The notes: generated by a model from the letters alone, not told the origin. 64,000 bases of DNA from an uncultured Planctomycetia bacterium (GCA_963699445.1 CAVOTX010000010.1:258453-322452); one strand, 5' to 3'; counted from the first letter of the stretch, positions 44,293 through 54,993 are shown. Made by a program: numbers and translations.

Positions 44293-44742
44293 GGGCTCAG
44301 CGGCTGCGCGCGCCGCCAACTTTTTGCACGGAAAAACGGCACCAGACGGCAAGTCGTTTATTATACTTGGTTCATAGGCGATGGGAAGTTGCGACCTGCC
44401 CGCGTCCGGCAACCCCGCGTCGAATGCAGGAAAAGGCGGCGGTCGCCGCATTCGGGCGGCCGGTCGGGCGCTTGCCGCCGTCCATCCGGCGAATTAAAGT
44501 CAACAAACCAGGAGCCGTCGGTCGGGGGAATACGCTCACCATCGAGGCAGTGCGCGATTCTCGCGCATGCAACGATTGTGCGATCGACCGCAAGGCAATG
44601 TGCCTTACCGGCCGAATTGGCGCCGGCCGAATCGGGGCCGGCTGAAGTCAGCACCGGTCCAAATCGGCACCCGCTCAAGATCGGCAAGTTTCACGTCAAC
44701 TCGGTCTACCTGCCATTGTGCAGATCACGAAGGGATGAGGGC

Positions 44743-45318
44743 ATGGGACAGTCATCATCGGAAGGGCCCGTTGAAATCGCGCTGGTCGGCGACTTGACCG
44801 AGAGCGAAGCGGAAATGACCGACAAGCTGTTGTCGGTGCCGCACGGGGGTCACTGCACCATCTTCGTCGATTCGCCCGGCGGTAGTCCCTACTGCGCGAT
44901 GTCGCTGATGTCGCTGATCATCTTGCGCGGCATCAAAGCCACCGGCATCGTGACCGGCGAATGCTCCTCGGCCGCGCTGTGGCCCTTCGCCGCTTGCCGC
45001 CGGCGGCTGGTGACGCCCTTTAGCGTATTCCTGTTCCACCCCATGAAATGGCAGAGCGAAGAGCACGTCGGCCTTTCGGAGGCGGCCGAATGGGCCAGGC
45101 ATTTCGGTCAACTCGAATGCGACATGGACCGGCTGCTGGCCGACTTGTTCGGCGTTTCGGAAAGCAGCATGGCCAAGTGGATCAACCCGGGCCGCTACGT
45201 GGGCGGCCGCGAGTTGGCCGAGGCCGGGCTGGCGGAGCTCGTCGAACTCAAGGAGCTCTCGCGCCACGGCTTGAACGGGGCCGCGCGATCGCGCAAGCGC
45301 GCCGCTACGTCGCGCTGA
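44743..45318 (+). CDS. ClpP/S14-like serine peptidase-fold protein (stand-alone)
   Basis: ATG at 44743 within ORF 44065..45318: MGQSSSEGPVEIALVGDL...IFVDSPGGSPYCAMSLMSLI...GIVTGECSSAALWPFAAC...FLFHPMKW. This resembles the ClpP SPGG, G.ASS and H motifs. Intact, 191 aa. Confidence 0.6.
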   Translation: MGQSSSEGPVEIALVGDLTESEAEMTDKLLSVPHGGHCTIFVDSPGGSPYCAMSLMSLIILRGIKATGIVTGECSSAALWPFAACRRRLVTPFSVFLFHPMKWQSEEHVGLSEAAEWARHFGQLECDMDRLLADLFGVSESSMAKWINPGRYVGGRELAEAGLAELVELKELSRHGLNGAARSRKRAATSR

Positions 45319-45331
45319 TCGACAGCGCGTT

Positions 45332-46302
45332 CTAGCTGCGATAGCCTTCGTGGCAGCTGCTGCAGGCTTTCGAGATGTCGCCGCTGGCTTTGCGCGCCTG
45401 ATCGTAGTTCTTGTTCTTGGCGGCGTCGGCGACGATCTTGGCGGCGTCGCGCATTTGCTTGGCGTAGCCTAGGTACGTTTCATCGTCGGAATACTCGAAT
45501 CCCTCGCGCTGAATCACTTCGGCAATGGCGGCCAGGATTTCCGCTTCGCGCTCGAGCTTTTCGGTGTTCTTCTTGAACTCTCCCTGATCGGCCGTCCAAA
45601 CGGCGATGCCTTGCTGCTGGGCCTTCTCGAGCCGCTGCATGAGCGGCGGCCGGCCGGCGACCTTGTCCCACTTGGTCTTGGGTTCGCCGCGTTCGACCTG
45701 CGGCGCTTCGCCGCGGACGAGCTTCTCCATGTCTTCCTTGCGAAGCTTGGCTTCGTTGAACGAGGCGTCGGTGCCGACCTTGCAATTCATGCCCGCCCGG
45801 CCCACCAGATCGCGCAAGCCCGAGGCTGATTGTTTCCACGCGCACGTCGCCATCGAACTCGGCGATGATGGCCAGCAGCATCGCCAGTTCGGTGAATTGG
45901 CGGCGCCCGTCTTTATATCCGCCCCCCTTGAACTGGGCCGGCGTCTGGACCGTCTCGCTGATGTCTTTTTGCAGCAGCTTGACTTCGGCCTCGATGGTGT
46001 CGGAGGAAATCAAGTTCGACCAGGCAAACGTGCCGCTGTCGCTCACGGCCGGCGCACTTTCGGAGCCTGAGCCCGATCCGGTACTGGCGACTGCGGCCGG
46101 AGCGCCTCCCTGACCCCCCGCTGCCGGACGCTGGCCCGACAGTTTTTCCCGCGCGTCGGCAAAAAAAACGTCGGCGTCCCGTTTGCTCCACTTAGGCGGC
46201 CGAGCCGCGTTTGGCCGCACCGGCAGCCCACAGCAGGGGCACCACGGAAAACAGCACGACCATGCCAACGGCCACGGTCCGCAGGGACAGCTTGTTGATC
46301 AT
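45332..46302 (-). pseudogene. membrane-anchored c-type cytochrome with C-terminal CxxCH (class II / cytochrome c'-like helical layout); two frame breaks
   Basis: ATG at 46302 (MINKLSLRTVAVGMVVLFSVVPLLWAAG), break near 46200, ORF 45480..46268 (...FKGGGYKDGRRQFTELAMLLAIIAEF), break near 45840, ORF 45332..45853 ending ...ARKASGDISKACSSCHEGYRS. Confidence 0.6.
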
Positions 46303-46400
46303 CGTTATTCACGCTTCGGGAAATGCACAGCCGGCCGCGCCACAACCGCTCCATCCCATTATCGGCCATCAGTCCAGCGGTGGCAACGGGGGGAGATAAA

Positions 46401-46493
46401 GGATGAAGGCAGAAGGATGAAAACGGACGAAGCGGGGACTCGGCTACATCCTCCCTGCCCGTTTTCATCCTTCATCCTTCTGCCTTCATCCTT
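46401..46493. repeat. long imperfect palindrome (purine-rich arm / pyrimidine-rich arm)
   Basis: ggatgaaggcagaaggatgaaaacgg (46401-46426) pairs with ccgttttcatcc[ttcatcc]ttctgccttcatcc (46459-46493), with a 32-nt spacer. It lies between the divergent cytochrome and apbE starts. Confidence 0.8.
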
Positions 46494-46509
46494 CAGTTAT
46501 ACTCCTGAC

Positions 46510-47595
46510 ATGGGCTCCAAACGACCGACCAGCCGCCGCGAATTTCTGCAAGGCAAATCGGCCGCCCAGGCGATTGTCGACGCGGCCGATGCCTTGAGCC
46601 CCGAGCCTCTGGCTCTGCCGGCTCCGGAAGCCGAAGGCTATCTGCTGCACTTTTGTCGCCGTGCGATGGCCTGCCAGTTCGAGATTTTCTTGAACGCCGG
46701 CCAATACGATCACGACGGCCCGACGGCCCTGGCGGCTTTGGATCTGGTGGACGAACTCGAACAGCAGTTGTCGATTTACCGCGAGTCGAGCGAGATCAGT
46801 TCGATCAATCGCGACGCGGCCAGCCGCGCGGTGCGGGTCGAGCCGCGGCTCTTCGACCTTCTCGAACAGGCGATCGATCTGAGCCGCCAAACGGACGGCG
46901 CGTTCGACATGACCACCGGCCCGCTCGCCCGGCTGTGGGGTTTCGTCAAACGCGCGGGAGCGATGCCCGAGGGCCATGCGCTCACCGCGGCGCTCGACCA
47001 GGTGGGAAGTCGACACGTCGAACTCGATCCGCACGATCGGACGATCCGGTTCGCCCGGCCGGGAATCGAAATCAACCTGGGAAGCATCGGCAAGGGTTAC
47101 GCGCTCGACCGCTGCGCCGAACGGTTCGCCGCGGCCGGCATCGACGACGTGCTGCTGCACGGCGGCAACAGCAGCGTGCTGGCGCGCGGGTCCTGCGTCG
47201 AGCCGGGTCAGCTCTCCGGCTGGACCATCGGCCTGCGAGATCCCTGGCGTCCGCAGCGGCGCATCGGCCAATTCCATTTGCAGAACCGGGCACTGGCAAC
47301 CTCGGGCTCCGGCAGCCAATTTTTTCTGCACGAAGGGCGGCGCTACGGCCACATCCTCGATCCGCGGTCGGGCTGGCCGGCACAAGGAGTGCTCTCGGCC
47401 ACCGTCGTCGCGCCTACCGCCGCCCAGGCCGACGCGCTGTCGACGGCGCTGTATGTCCTGGGACCGGAGCGGGCGAGTGTGTTTTGCGCGGCGAATCCCC
47501 AGATTGGCTGTATTTTGCTTTGCCCGGGAGCACGGCATGCAACCGTCGAACTTCATGCCTTCGGCCTGACGGAAGGCCAGTTCGAGCAGGTGTAA
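46510..47595 (+). CDS. apbE: FAD:protein FMN transferase (ApbE family)
   Basis: ATG at 46510 within ORF 46183..47595: MGSKRPTSRREFLQG (TAT-like), RRAMACQFEI, DGAFDMTTGPLARLWGF, INLGSIGKGYALD, ATSGSGSQFF, HILDPRSGWP. Intact. Confidence 0.9.
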   Translation: MGSKRPTSRREFLQGKSAAQAIVDAADALSPEPLALPAPEAEGYLLHFCRRAMACQFEIFLNAGQYDHDGPTALAALDLVDELEQQLSIYRESSEISSINRDAASRAVRVEPRLFDLLEQAIDLSRQTDGAFDMTTGPLARLWGFVKRAGAMPEGHALTAALDQVGSRHVELDPHDRTIRFARPGIEINLGSIGKGYALDRCAERFAAAGIDDVLLHGGNSSVLARGSCVEPGQLSGWTIGLRDPWRPQRRIGQFHLQNRALATSGSGSQFFLHEGRRYGHILDPRSGWPAQGVLSATVVAPTAAQADALSTALYVLGPERASVFCAANPQIGCILLCPGARHATVELHAFGLTEGQFEQV

Positions 47596-47777
47596 TCGTC
47601 ACAACCGCCGGCACGGCCGCACTCCAGGCCCGGTCGCGGTCAGTCCCGGCGGCCATCTCGACGAGCGTGTTTTTGCCACGATTGCCCAGACTCCCATGTA
47701 CCGCATTCCAAACGGGCGGCTAGAATGCAGGGGGGCAACGCCGGCACTGGCGGAAAACGATTGCGGAAACGAGCTCG

Positions 47778-48512
47778 ATGGAAAACCTGCCACATTATCT
47801 GTCGATCATCGTGATCCTGATTCTGACCGGCTGTGGCCTGCCGGTGCCGGAGGAGTTTCCGATCATTGCGGCGGGCGTGGCCAGTTCGGGGGCCGGCGCG
47901 GTCCTGAACCCCTGGATCGCGCTCGGTTCGTGCCTGATCGGGGCCCTGCTGGGCGACTCGATGCTGTATGCCATCGGCTACCATTTTGGCCACAATTTGA
48001 TGAAAGCCCATCCCCGCTTGGCGCGCCTGCTGCACGCCGACCGCGAAGCCAAGATGGAGCACCTGATCAACCAGCACGGGCTGAAAGTGTTGTTCGTGGC
48101 CCGCTTCATGGTGGGGGTCCGCGCGGTGTATCTGAGCATCGGCATCCTGCGGACCTCGTTCAAGAAGTTCCTGCTGTTCGACGCGTTCTGTGCCACGGCC
48201 GTGGTGAGCTTCTTCTTCGGCCTGAGCTATTTGTTCGGTGAAAACGTCAAGACCTGGATCATCGGCAGCGAAAAAATTGTTACCGCGATCGTCGTCAGTG
48301 TCGTTTCGATCTGGTTGCTGATTTTCTGGTATCGCCGCCGCAGGCAAAGCGTGGTGGCCTGCAAGCCGCTCGAAAACGCACCGCTCGAAAACGCCACACC
48401 GCCGCTGCGAGAACCAGTCAGCGTGGCGTCGAAGAACGGCTCTTCTGCAGTGCTGCGGCCCAACCAGTCCGCTGCCGGGGAAACGACGTCGCAACATGCG
48501 AGGGAGGAATGA
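47778..48512 (+). CDS. DedA/VTT-domain membrane protein
   Basis: Intact 244-aa ORF, ATG at 47778: ...GCGLPVPEEFPIIAAGV...GALLGDSMLYAIGYHFG...GLKVLFVARFMVGVR. Confidence 0.85.
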   Translation: MENLPHYLSIIVILILTGCGLPVPEEFPIIAAGVASSGAGAVLNPWIALGSCLIGALLGDSMLYAIGYHFGHNLMKAHPRLARLLHADREAKMEHLINQHGLKVLFVARFMVGVRAVYLSIGILRTSFKKFLLFDAFCATAVVSFFFGLSYLFGENVKTWIIGSEKIVTAIVVSVVSIWLLIFWYRRRRQSVVACKPLENAPLENATPPLREPVSVASKNGSSAVLRPNQSAAGETTSQHAREE

Positions 48513-48513
48513 G

Positions 48514-49570
48514 ATGGGCAGCAACAATGCGCGAGCGCGCATCTTCATGTTCACTGCCGGGCTGCTGGCAATCGGCAGTTTGCCAGCCCGGCGCAACTGT
48601 TCGAGGAAGAAGAAGTCGAGGCGGCCACCAAGGTCTCGGAGTTGTTGCGGCACGTGCAGTTCCGCATCGTGGGAGGCCGCGTGGTCGCCGACTGCAGTCG
48701 CCAAGGCCTCAGCCTGACGACGGAAACGCGCGATCTGTCAACGGGCCGCTGGGAGCGGCTGACGCTCGACATGAGCAACAACGCGCCCGGCCTGCGCTAC
48801 GCAGCGCAAAACCGCCGAGGACGACGTGACCCTCGAACTGAGCGACGGCGACCATTTGATTGCCCGCCGCACGACCAAGGGCAGTCAACCGATCGTCGAA
48901 TTCGAACAACCGCCGACTGGCGATTTGACGCTGAGCATCGAGTCCGGCTCGGAGCACCGCCTGGTCCAGGCGGCGACGCTCTGGCACCTGCTTTTGATCG
49001 AACCCGAGGTCGGCCACAAGCAACTGATTCCGCTGCTCGAAATACTGCGTCCGTCCTGGCAACTTTCGGCCAAGGCCACGACCATCGAGACGGCGCTCTG
49101 CGTGGGCCGAAACGCAGCGCCACGTCGACCACACACGCTTGGCGCGGCTGGTTCAGGCCATGGGCGACCCGCATTTCGCCCTGCGCCGGGCGGCCGAACG
49201 TGAACTAGCGGCGATCGGCGAGCCGGCCCTGATGTATCTGGCGGCCCTCCGCCGTCAGGACCTGGACGCAGAGCAATGGCAGCGCGTCCAAGCCCTGCTG
49301 GCAACCATGTCGGGCGATCGCGAGGACACGGTCGATCGCAGCGTGGCCTGGCTGGCGGGCGATTTCCGAGTCTGGCTGGCGCTGTTGGCCCGCGGCGACG
49401 AAGGCACCCGGCGGGCCGCTGCCGACGAGTTGCGACTGCTGCTTGGCACTTCGATCGAGTTCGATCCGGCCGCCCATGTCGATCAGCGCGCCGCGCAGAT
49501 CAAGCGTCTGCAAAGTCGCATCGAGAAGCTCGAAGCGGCGGAAGTGCATCCGCCCGGCGAAGCCGAATAA
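48514..49570 (+). pseudogene. secreted hypothetical protein with C-terminal HEAT-like segment; about four frame breaks
   Basis: GGGAGG then ATG at 48514, one nt after the DedA stop: MGSNNARARIFMFTAGLLAIGSLPA. It continues through ORFs 48642.., 48826.. and 49139..49570 (LVQAMGDPHFALRRAAERELAAIGEPALMYLAAL...). Confidence 0.5.
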
Positions 49571-49626
49571 GTAGCCGCTGCCAATGAAGGTCCAGGCTTT
49601 GCCTGGCAGGCGCAACCGTCGGGGCC

Positions 49627-50373
49627 TACTCGCCGTTGCGGCCGGCCAACAGTTCGCGAGTGGCCGCCTCGCGCGGCGCGTCCAAAACCTGCGCAGGCGG
49701 CCCCGACTCGACCACCCGCCCGCCCGCCATGACGTGCAGCGTATGGGCCGTGCGGCGGGCGAACCCGGCCGCGTGCGTGGCGATGACCATCGGTCTGGTC
49801 CGAGCGCGCCAGGTCGGCCATCACCGCTTCGACCTCGCCCGCCATCCGCGGATCGAGCGCGCTGGTGGGCTCGTCGAACAGGATGACGTCCGGACGCATC
49901 GCCAGCGCCCGGGCGATGGCCACCCGCTGCTGCTGGCCACCCGAGAGACTTTCAGGCCGGGCGTCGCGCTTGTCGCGCAGCCCCACGCGATCCAGCAGTG
50001 CTTCGGCTTCGCCCACGGCCTCGTCGCGGGGCCGCCCGAGCACGGTGACCGGTGCTTCGATGATGTTGCCCAGCACCGTCAGATGCGGAAACAACAGGAA
50101 TTGCTGAAAGACCATGCCCACGCGGCGCCGCAGTTGGCCAACCGCACTGCGTGCGGCGCTGCCCGGCGTGCCGCGTTCGAGCCGCACGCCGGCCACGTCG
50201 ATGCGGCCGTCGTCGAACTCTTCCAGCCCATTCAGACAGCGAAGCAACGTGCTCTTTCCACCGCCCGAGGGCCCCATGACGACGGCCACTTCCCCGCGGC
50301 GGACCGACACGGAAACGCCCGCCAGCACGGTCAGGCCGCCAAAGCGCTTGACTAGATTTTGGACTTCGATCAT
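49627..50373 (-). CDS. amino-acid ABC transporter ATP-binding protein (GlnQ-like); one frame break
   Basis: ATG at 50373: [51 protein letters not shown]...[33 protein letters not shown]. After a break near 49800 it reads ...[36 protein letters not shown]...GRNGE, with the stop at 49627. Confidence 0.85.
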
Positions 50374-50756
50374 CGAGCTTGCTGCCCTGCGAGCCGCTCC
50401 CCGGGAACCTTAAGATCCACGAGCGATCATATTCGCATACGCCTGGCCGGTCGCAAACCCTACAACCTCACCCGGCGGCCGATTCCGGCGCGCTGCCGCC
50501 GCTGGCCGGCATGCCGAAAACGCTCAATTTGCCGCCTGCGCCGCAGCAGGCCGCGAAGGCCCGCCGCAGTGGGGCGATCCAGTGCCATTTTTGCCGGGCC
50601 AATGCCCTCGCCGCCCGGTTTCTGCGGGCTATATATCCCTAGACCAAAATCGCCGCCGCCAGGGCGGGGGCGAGTCCGGGCGTCGGGTCGCAAGAGGCTC
50701 TTGGGCTCGATCGACACTGCGCAATTCTTCGTAGCCACACGCAAAGCAGAGTTCTC

Positions 50757-51627
50757 ATGGTCGTCATCATCGGTTGCGTGGTCGTCACCGGTTGCGTGCT
50801 GGCCGGGCTTCACGTTGTCGGGCGGGCACGTCGGGGCCTTGATTCATCCGACCGAATTGCTGACCATCGGCGGGGCGGCGCTGGGCGCTTGATCATCATG
50901 TCGCCGCGTCAAAGTGCTCAAAGACCTGATGCGGGGCATCCTGTCGACGCTCAAGGGAAGTCCCTTCGGCACGGCAGGCCTACGACGAATTGTTCAAGAC
51001 GCATGTACGACCTGCTGCGGCTCGCCCGGCGCGAGGGGCTGATCGTCGCTGGAGCCGCACCTGGCCGATCCGCACGAAAGCGCGATCTTCAGCAAGTATC
51101 CGCTGATCGTCAAAAACCATCACGTTTGCGATTTCATTTGCGGCGCGCTGTCGCCGGTGATCGAAGGCACCGCCACGCCGGCAACAATTGGCGGCGCTGC
51201 TGGAGACCGAAATGCAAGTGCTCGAAGAAGAGCACCACGCTCCGCTCGGCGCGCTCTCGAAGACCGCCGACGGCCTGCCGGGCTTCGGCATCGTGGCCGC
51301 CGTGCTGGGAATCGTGATCACGATGGGGTCGATCGACGGGCCGGTCGAAGAGATCGGCCACAAGGTGGGGGCCGCCCTGGTGGGCACCTTCCTGGGCATT
51401 CTGGCTGTCGTACGGGTTCTTCGGGCCGCTGGCCGGCGCGCATGGAGAGCCTGGGCAGCGGCCGAAATGGCTTTCTTCCGCACGATCGCCATCGGTGATC
51501 CTGGGATTCGTCAACGACATGCCGCCGAAGGTCGCGATCGACCAGGCCCGCCGCGGCGTGGGCACCGAATCTGCGGCCCTCGCGGACGCAGCTCGACGAA
51601 CTGTTCAAGGACGCCGAAGCGGCCTGA
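50757..51627 (+). pseudogene. motA: flagellar stator protein MotA (MotA/TolQ/ExbB family); five or more frame breaks
   Basis: ATG at 50757: MVVIIGCVVVTGCVLAG, then across frames FTLSGGHVGALIHPTELLTIGGAALGA, MYDLLRLARREGL, PHLADPHESAIFSKYPLIV, LLETEMQVLEEEHHAPLGALSKTADGLPGFGIVAAVLGIVITMGSI (ORF 51188..51655), GFVNDMPPKVAIDQARRGV. Confidence 0.8.
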
Positions 51628-51685
51628 CGGCGGCTGCCGGGCGGAGTCGCGCTGACGGACCGGTGCAGACTTATGCGGTGCCTAC

Positions 51686-52519
51686 ATGGCGGCCAGACTC
51701 ACGACGGAAAGTGATCCAGCAACATGGCGGCGATGGCGGCGGTGCTTGGAAGGTGGCGTACGCGGACTTCGTGACCGCGATGATGGCCTTTTTTCTGGTG
51801 ATGTGGATCGTCGCCCAGAACAAGCCGGTCAAACAGGCCATCGCCAAGTATTTCAACGATCCGCTGGGCACGTCCTCGCGCCCGGAAAATCCAAAGGCAC
51901 GATGCTCAACGACGGCGGCGGTCCGATCCCCAATTCCAAAGCGCCGACCAAGATCGCGCTCGCCCGCCCCACGATCGAAGCCGCCCCCAAACAGGACGAA
52001 GACACCGAACGGGTCGGCGCAAGGCCACGTTGCCGGCTCTGCACGACAACAATAAATCGACCGTCGGCACTCTGGTGGCTTTCGTCGACGAGTCGGCCGA
52101 ATTGGACGACCGCGCCAAACGGATCCTCGACAAGCTGATTCCGGATCTGCAAGGCAAGCTCTCCAAGATCGAGATCCGCGGCCACGCGTCGGCGCGGCCC
52201 CTGTCGCCGGACAGCGGCTTTCAGGATGCCTGGCAATTGTCCTACGCCCGCAGCATGGCCACGATGCAGTATCTGGCCGAAAAAGGCATCGCCCCGCGCC
52301 GCGTGCGGCTCAGCCAGAGCGGCAGCTTCGAACCGGCCAAGTTCGGCGACGATGCCGGGCTGCCGGCCAAGAACGCTCGGGTGGAGGTCTACGAGCTCAA
52401 CGAGCTGGCCGACGATCCGACCGCCACGCGCGAACCGCGCGCCAAAAAAGGCCCGAAAAAGCCCTCCCTCAAACGGCCGACCGAGCCGCAAAGCTCCGCC
52501 GCCCCCCGCCGAGGGTTGA
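51686..52519 (+). pseudogene. motB: flagellar stator protein MotB (OmpA-like C-terminal domain); two or more frame breaks; 3' end uncertain
   Basis: ATG at 51686, then GAWKVAYADFVTAMMAFFLVMWIV (ORF 51495..52055). OmpA-like part in ORF 52030..52773 (IEIRGHASARP...WQLSYARSMATMQYLAEKGIAPRRVRLSQSGSFEP). That ORF reads on into the antisense of zwf, so the true stop was probably lost to an indel. Confidence 0.7.
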
Positions 52520-52537
52520 CGCGATTCGGGCGTCAAC
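52515..52537. terminator. short hairpin between convergent motB and zwf
   Basis: gttgacgc-gattcgg-gcgtcaac (8-bp stem). It overlaps the zwf stop codon (52533-52535). No clear U-tract. Confidence 0.25.
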
Positions 52538-53944
52538 ACGTTTCCGGCTGCGACGTAGTTTGCGAGCCGTTCATGTGCGGATTTCGCCAGCCGCCCGGCG
52601 GCAGCACGTTGGCACCGCACTCGCTTGGTCCCCAGGTGTGCGGATCGTACATGTACAACGGCGTGGCATTGCCCAGCACGGGCTCGACGATCTGCCAGGC
52701 CGCCTCGACCGAGTCCTCGCGGGCGAATAGCGTGGCGTCGCCTTTCATCGCGTCGCCCAGCAGCCGCTCGTAATCGCTCATTTCGTCGGCCTCGGTCTGA
52801 TGGCTGACCATCAACTCGACGGGCGTGCCCATGACTTGCTCGCCGGGATCCTTGATCATCGTGCCGATGGCGATCGAGACGTCGGGGCTGAGCCGAAAGC
52901 GGAAGTAGTTGGGCGGAGGCGGGGCGTGCCGTACATGGCCGGCGGCCTGCGCAGGCGCACCATCACCTCGGTACACGTGACCGGCATGTTCTTGCCGGCG
53001 CGAATGAAGACCGGCACGCCCTTCCAGCGCCAGGAATCGATCTGCAGCCGCACGGCCACGAAGGTTTCGACGTGCGAATCGTGCGGCCACGCCCGGTTCC
53101 TTGCGATAGCCGCGGAACTGCCCGCGCACGACGCTCTCGCCGTCGAGCGGCCGAATAGTGCGCAGCACCTTGACTTTTTCGTCGCGGACGGCTTCGGCGT
53201 CGGTCCCGGCTGGCGGCTCCATGCAGAGAATCGCCAGCACTTGCAGCAAATGGTTCTGGACCACGTCGCGGATGGCGCCGGCCTCTTCGTAAAAAGCGCC
53301 GCGGCCTTCAACGCCAAAGCTTTCGGCCATCGTGATCTGGATGTTGTCGACGTAGTTGCGATTCCAGATCGGCTCCAGAAACGAATTGGTGAAGCGGAAG
53401 AAGAGCAGGTTCTGCACCGGCTCTTTGCCCAGGAAATGATCGATGCGAAAGATCGACGGTTCGGCGAAATCGGCAGAGCAGCGTCTGGTTCAACGCGACA
53501 GCCGATGCCAGGTCGCGGCCGAACGGCTTTTCGATCACCACGCGCGCCGCTGAGGCGCAGCCCGACTTGCCCAAGTGTTCGACCACCACCGGAAACATCA
53601 TCGGCGGAATGGCCAGATAGTGCAGCGGATGCATCGGCCGGGCCCAGCTCTTTGCGCAGCTGCGCGAACGTCGCGGCTTCGCGGTAGTCGCCGTCGATGT
53701 AGTGCAACAGGTCGCAGAGCTTGGCAAATGCCGTCCGGATCGACGCCGCCGTGCTTTTCCAGGCTGTCGCGCGGCGCGGGCTTTCAGGTCGTCGAGCGTC
53801 CAGCCGGCCTTGGCCACGCCGATGACCGGCATGTCCAGATGGCCCCGTTTGACCATGCCTTGCAGCGCCGGAAAGATCTTCTTGTGGGCCAGGTCGCCGG
53901 TGGCGCCGAAGAAGACCAGTGCATCGGACGTGACGTTTCTTCAT
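52533..53944 (-). pseudogene. zwf: glucose-6-phosphate dehydrogenase; five or more frame breaks
   Basis: ATG at 53944 (MKKRHV..), [20 protein letters not shown] by frame-hopping, the diagnostic [26 protein letters not shown] at about 53400-53470, [40 protein letters not shown] (ORF 52533..53417), and the C-terminal ...[10 protein letters not shown]. Confidence 0.85.
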
Positions 53945-53963
53945 CGTGCCTCGCTCTTGCGTT

Positions 53964-54993
53964 TCATGTTCGAACTTCGCCGCTGGTTTTTCCACGTGGC
54001 CGCCGAACTCGAACCGCATGGCCGACAGCAGCTTGTCGGCAAAGTCGGCCTCGCCGCGCGAGGCGAATCGCTCGTACAGCGCAGTCGTCAGCACGGGCGC
54101 CGGCACCGCCTCGTCGATCGCCGCTTTGATCGTCCAGCGTCCTTCGCCCGAATCGGACACGCGGCCGGCGAAGTTCGCCAGCGCCGGATCCTTGAGCAAG
54201 GCCTGCGGCCGTCAGATCCAGCAGCCAGGACGCAATGACGCTGCCGCGCCGCCAGACTTCGGCCACGTCGCGCAGGTTGAATTCGTACTGGTAATCCTCG
54301 GGATGCCGCAACGGCGTGGTTTCGGCGTCGGACGCGTGCGTTTGTTTGCCGACGTTGGCATGCTGCAGAATCGCCATTCCCTCGGCATAGGCCGCCATGA
54401 TGCCGTACTCGATGCCGTTATGCACCATCTTGACGAAGTGCCCGGCGCCGTTGGGTCCGCAATGCAAGTAACCGTGTTCGGCGGTGCCGCGATGCTTGTC
54501 GCGGCCGGGCGTCCGCGGGGCCGAGTCGATCGGCGGAGCCAGCGTGGCGAAGATCGGATCCAGATGTTTGACGATCGCTTCCGATCCGCCGATCATCTGG
54601 CAATATCCGCGCTCCAGTCCCCACACGCCGCCGCTGGTGCCGACGTCGACATACTCGATGCCTTGCCGTTTGAGTTCGGCCGCCCGGCGGATGTCGTCGA
54701 TGTAGTAGGAGTTTCCGCCGTCGATCAGGATGTCGCCCTTGGCGAGCAGCGGAGTCAGCTCGGCCAGCGTCTGGTCGACGACGGCCGCGGGGACCATCAG
54801 CCACACGGCGCGGGGCTGGGAGAGCTTTTGGATCAGGTCGGCCAATGAAGCCGCCCCGACAGCGCCTTCTTTGGCCAGCCCTGCGACGGCGCTCGGCATG
54901 GATGTCGTAGGCGACGCACTGATGTCCGGCTTGCATCAATCGGCGGACCATGTTGGCGCCCATCCGACCCAAGCCCAGCATACCGAGTTGCAC
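53964..54993 (-). pseudogene. gnd: 6-phosphogluconate dehydrogenase, short (~330 aa) decarboxylating type; two or more frame breaks; 3' end uncertain
   Basis: AGGAG 7 nt upstream of the GTG at 54993: [30 protein letters not shown]. Body in ORF 53964..54899 ([13 protein letters not shown]...[19 protein letters not shown]...[16 protein letters not shown]). Tail in ORF 52856..54199 ([24 protein letters not shown]...[12 protein letters not shown]). Confidence 0.8.

Noticed and set aside
50374-50756. A sigma-28 (FliA)-type promoter upstream of motA.
   Set aside because: I could not find a convincing TAAA-N15-GCCGATAA match. The AT-richer patch ctatatatccctagaccaaaat is suggestive only, so no regulatory feature is reported.
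53944-53966. Apparent gnd-zwf translational fusion: the frame carrying the gnd C-terminus (...[25 protein letters not shown]) runs without a stop into MKKRHV... of zwf.
   Set aside because: Both genes are riddled with frame breaks and another frame has a TGA at 53964. A lost or shifted stop through an indel is far more likely than a real bifunctional fusion.
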